Below, in pieces: positions 34,982 through 37,141 of a stretch of DNA of 37,141 bases. Under the pieces are notes generated by a model, which saw only the letters and a list, made by a program, of their open reading frames with translations, ran no database searches and had not been told where the DNA came from. Both the position numbers and the translations under genes were made by a program. Each line of letters begins with the position of its first letter. The stretch's first letter is position 1. Source of the DNA: Stramenopiles sp. TOSAG23-2 (taxonomy: Eukaryota); assembly GCA_900128395.1 (NCBI GenBank), contig LT649331.1, forward strand, positions 1 through 37,141, given 5' to 3'.

Positions 34982-35406
34982 TGATGATGTTTTATTTTAA
35001 TTTTAAATTTATATTATATAGACTATGTAAATATATATTATTTTCTAACGAGAACTAATTTGATGCGACAAGAAAAAAAAAAATCTTCAATTTTAAATAC
35101 CTCGTTACGTTTTTTTAATTTAAATTGAACAAAATATAAGTAATTATTAAATTGATGTGTTATAGAAGACTATGACAAAAAAAATTTTATATATAGTAGT
35201 CGTCGGACCATAAAGGTATTTATTTATTATTATTATTTAATAATCTCCTCAACGTATATATAGTATAGAATATCTAGTATAATAATATAAGAGTTTTGTT
35301 TTTTTTTTTCCAAAGAAGTTTAAGGGAAAGAAAGTGTACCTGGTATTATGAAGAATGAGAATGCCAAATGCCAGAAGAATGCAGTCGCTCGTGCGCTCGG
35401 GTAGCA

Positions 35407-35570
35407 TGCGGTAGCATGAGAGAATTAGAGAGGATCCGGATCTCAGAATTCTCTCTGCAGGTACAAGCACGAGTAGCTTTCTATCCTTTGCGGTAGCATG
35501 AGAGAATTAGAGAGGATCCGGATCTCAGAATTCTCTCTGCAGGTACAAGCACGAGTAGCTTTCTATCCTT
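35407..35570. repeat. Exact tandem duplication, 82-bp unit x2, each with an imperfect palindrome
   Basis: tgcggtagcatgagagaatt... at 35407 and 35489; internal gagagaatt...gatccggatc...aattctctc. Confidence 0.9.
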
Positions 35571-36038
35571 CCGGGTGCATTCGTTGAACGCGCTGGACGT
35601 GGAGTTCACTCGAAAACGGTAAAACTGTCGATGTGAAAGATCCTTGTTGTATATAATATTATATACAGTAGCCGGTAACTATCCATAATATATATATATA
35701 TAATATTTTTAGTATATATTATGATAAATAAAAACCTGGACTGTTCACATCACTTTCATCGAGTATGTCATACAAAAGTACAAATAAAAAAATAAAAATA
35801 GTGCTGTGACGGCCTACCACTGGTAAAAAATGGCTCTTTAAATTCCCTATCAAATAATTTTCAATCAACTATTAAAGATTGAATTATTTATCTCATTTCA
35901 ATTGTTCATGTAGTAGTCTAATATTTGTACTTTAAATCCTGGATCAAAAAAAGTGCATCATTTCAGCATACATGGCATATACCACCAAGTATGGTATAAA
36001 CAATGCATGAATTCTATTCCGAGTAAGTAGTAAGTTCA

Positions 36039-36433
36039 ACTCTCCACCACACATTCTCCACCTACAGTTTTTGTATTGTAAGACTCTCCACAATCCTATC
36101 AAGACATTGTGGAGAGTTTGAAGTTTGGAAATACAATTTTTTTGCCTAATTATAATTAAAAATGTGAAAAGTACTCTCCACCACACATTCTCCACCTACA
36201 GTTTTTGTATTGTAAGACTCTCCACAATCCTATCAAGACATTGTGGAGAGTTTGAAGTTTGGAAATACAATTTTTTTGCCTAATTATAATTAAAAATGTG
36301 AAAAGTACTCTCCACCACACATTCTCCACCTACAGTTTTTGTATTGTAAGACTCTCCACAATCCTATCAAGACATTGTGGAGAGTTTGAAGTTTGGATAC
36401 ACAATTTTTTTGCCTAATTATAATTAAAAATGT
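36039..36433. repeat. Tandem array, 134-bp unit x~3, each with a perfect 12-bp stem hairpin
   Basis: Units start at 36039, 36173 and 36307; stem ACTCTCCACAAT / ATTGTGGAGAGT with an 11-nt loop; the third copy has substitutions (ggatacaca vs ggaaataca). Confidence 0.93.
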
Positions 36434-37141
36434 ATGTTGAGAATACATTAGCACATTAGTAAAAATAATGACACATGCAAAAGAACAGCAAACTCTACAA
36501 CAACAACGAAGGAAAAAGAAAAGGAAACACCGTAATAAAAAACATTGATATTATAAAAATGTATGACACAACGTGTGTAATTATTGCATATCTTATGATA
36601 CCTGATATCATAAATTGTCACAAAATGTTTTTTCCGACATGTTTTTTTTATTATTCACGGCTCTCATGTATGGCCATTTTGATAATTTCATGTGTGTGTG
36701 TATATATGTAAGATGTAAAAAATTTTGATAAACTTTACTCTTTAAAAAAATTTGAGATAAAAAAATATGTACGACAAGAGCATGTTTGTAAATAAAAAAC
36801 AAATACATTTCACTCCCTACAATTTTGTGGTTAGATTAAAATCATGATCCTCGTATATATATATATATAGTTAACACAACATCAATAATTCTTTCACACT
36901 CTTTCATTTTATATAATTCTGTCTAGATAATAGTATTAATTATTTCTGGTAATTACACATATATAGTGAATATAACATCATGAGTAAATAAAATCTTTAA
37001 ATTATAAATAAGAGAATTTTTTATATATAGTTAACAACCACATTTTCCAAGCTTCAAAAGTACAAAAGAAGCCATGAAAGTGCACATGTTAACGGTTCTC
37101 ACTCTAATGCATCAATAGTTCCATTCGCAGTCGATACGCTA

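Noticed and set aside
15886-35816. Single 20-kb transposon bounded by the 22-bp inverted match
   Set aside because: The interior is ordinary host genes with no transposase, and the flanks do not match beyond TA
36039-36433. CRISPR array
   Set aside because: Units are near-identical along their whole length with no unique spacers; no cas genes; eukaryotic context

Overview
AT-rich eukaryotic nuclear scaffold from a flagellated protist. Evidence: standard genetic code, short GT-AG introns with CTAAC-type branch points, poly-Asn tracts and one 67-N gap. A heterotrophic stramenopile-like lineage is only a guess. About 13 protein genes are supported: a hypothetical protein, CFAP57 (split by a 1-nt frameshift in an A8 run), a DoxX/SURF4-like membrane protein, a secreted sulfatase-GH43 fusion, an intronless bacterial-looking methyltransferase-fold protein with a mitochondrial-type leader, cytosolic ProRS, an RMDN-family protein, a secreted split-saposin protein with repeated (S/x)-F/L-L/I-E motifs, an SLC5 symporter, a MATH-BTB protein, ODA-DC2/ODAD1, an EF-hand membrane protein and a SHIPPO-repeat protein. 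Intergenic DNA holds a dispersed ~95-bp repeat lying in sense orientation downstream of genes, a shared 22-bp TIR-like sequence, a hairpin-bearing 134-bp tandem array, and four exact 82-96 bp duplications that are probably gap-filling artefacts. The best leads are the putative processed saposin/amphipathic-peptide polyprotein, the possibly transferred mitochondrial methyltransferase and the sulfatase-GH43 fusion. All family assignments come from motif recognition without database searches.
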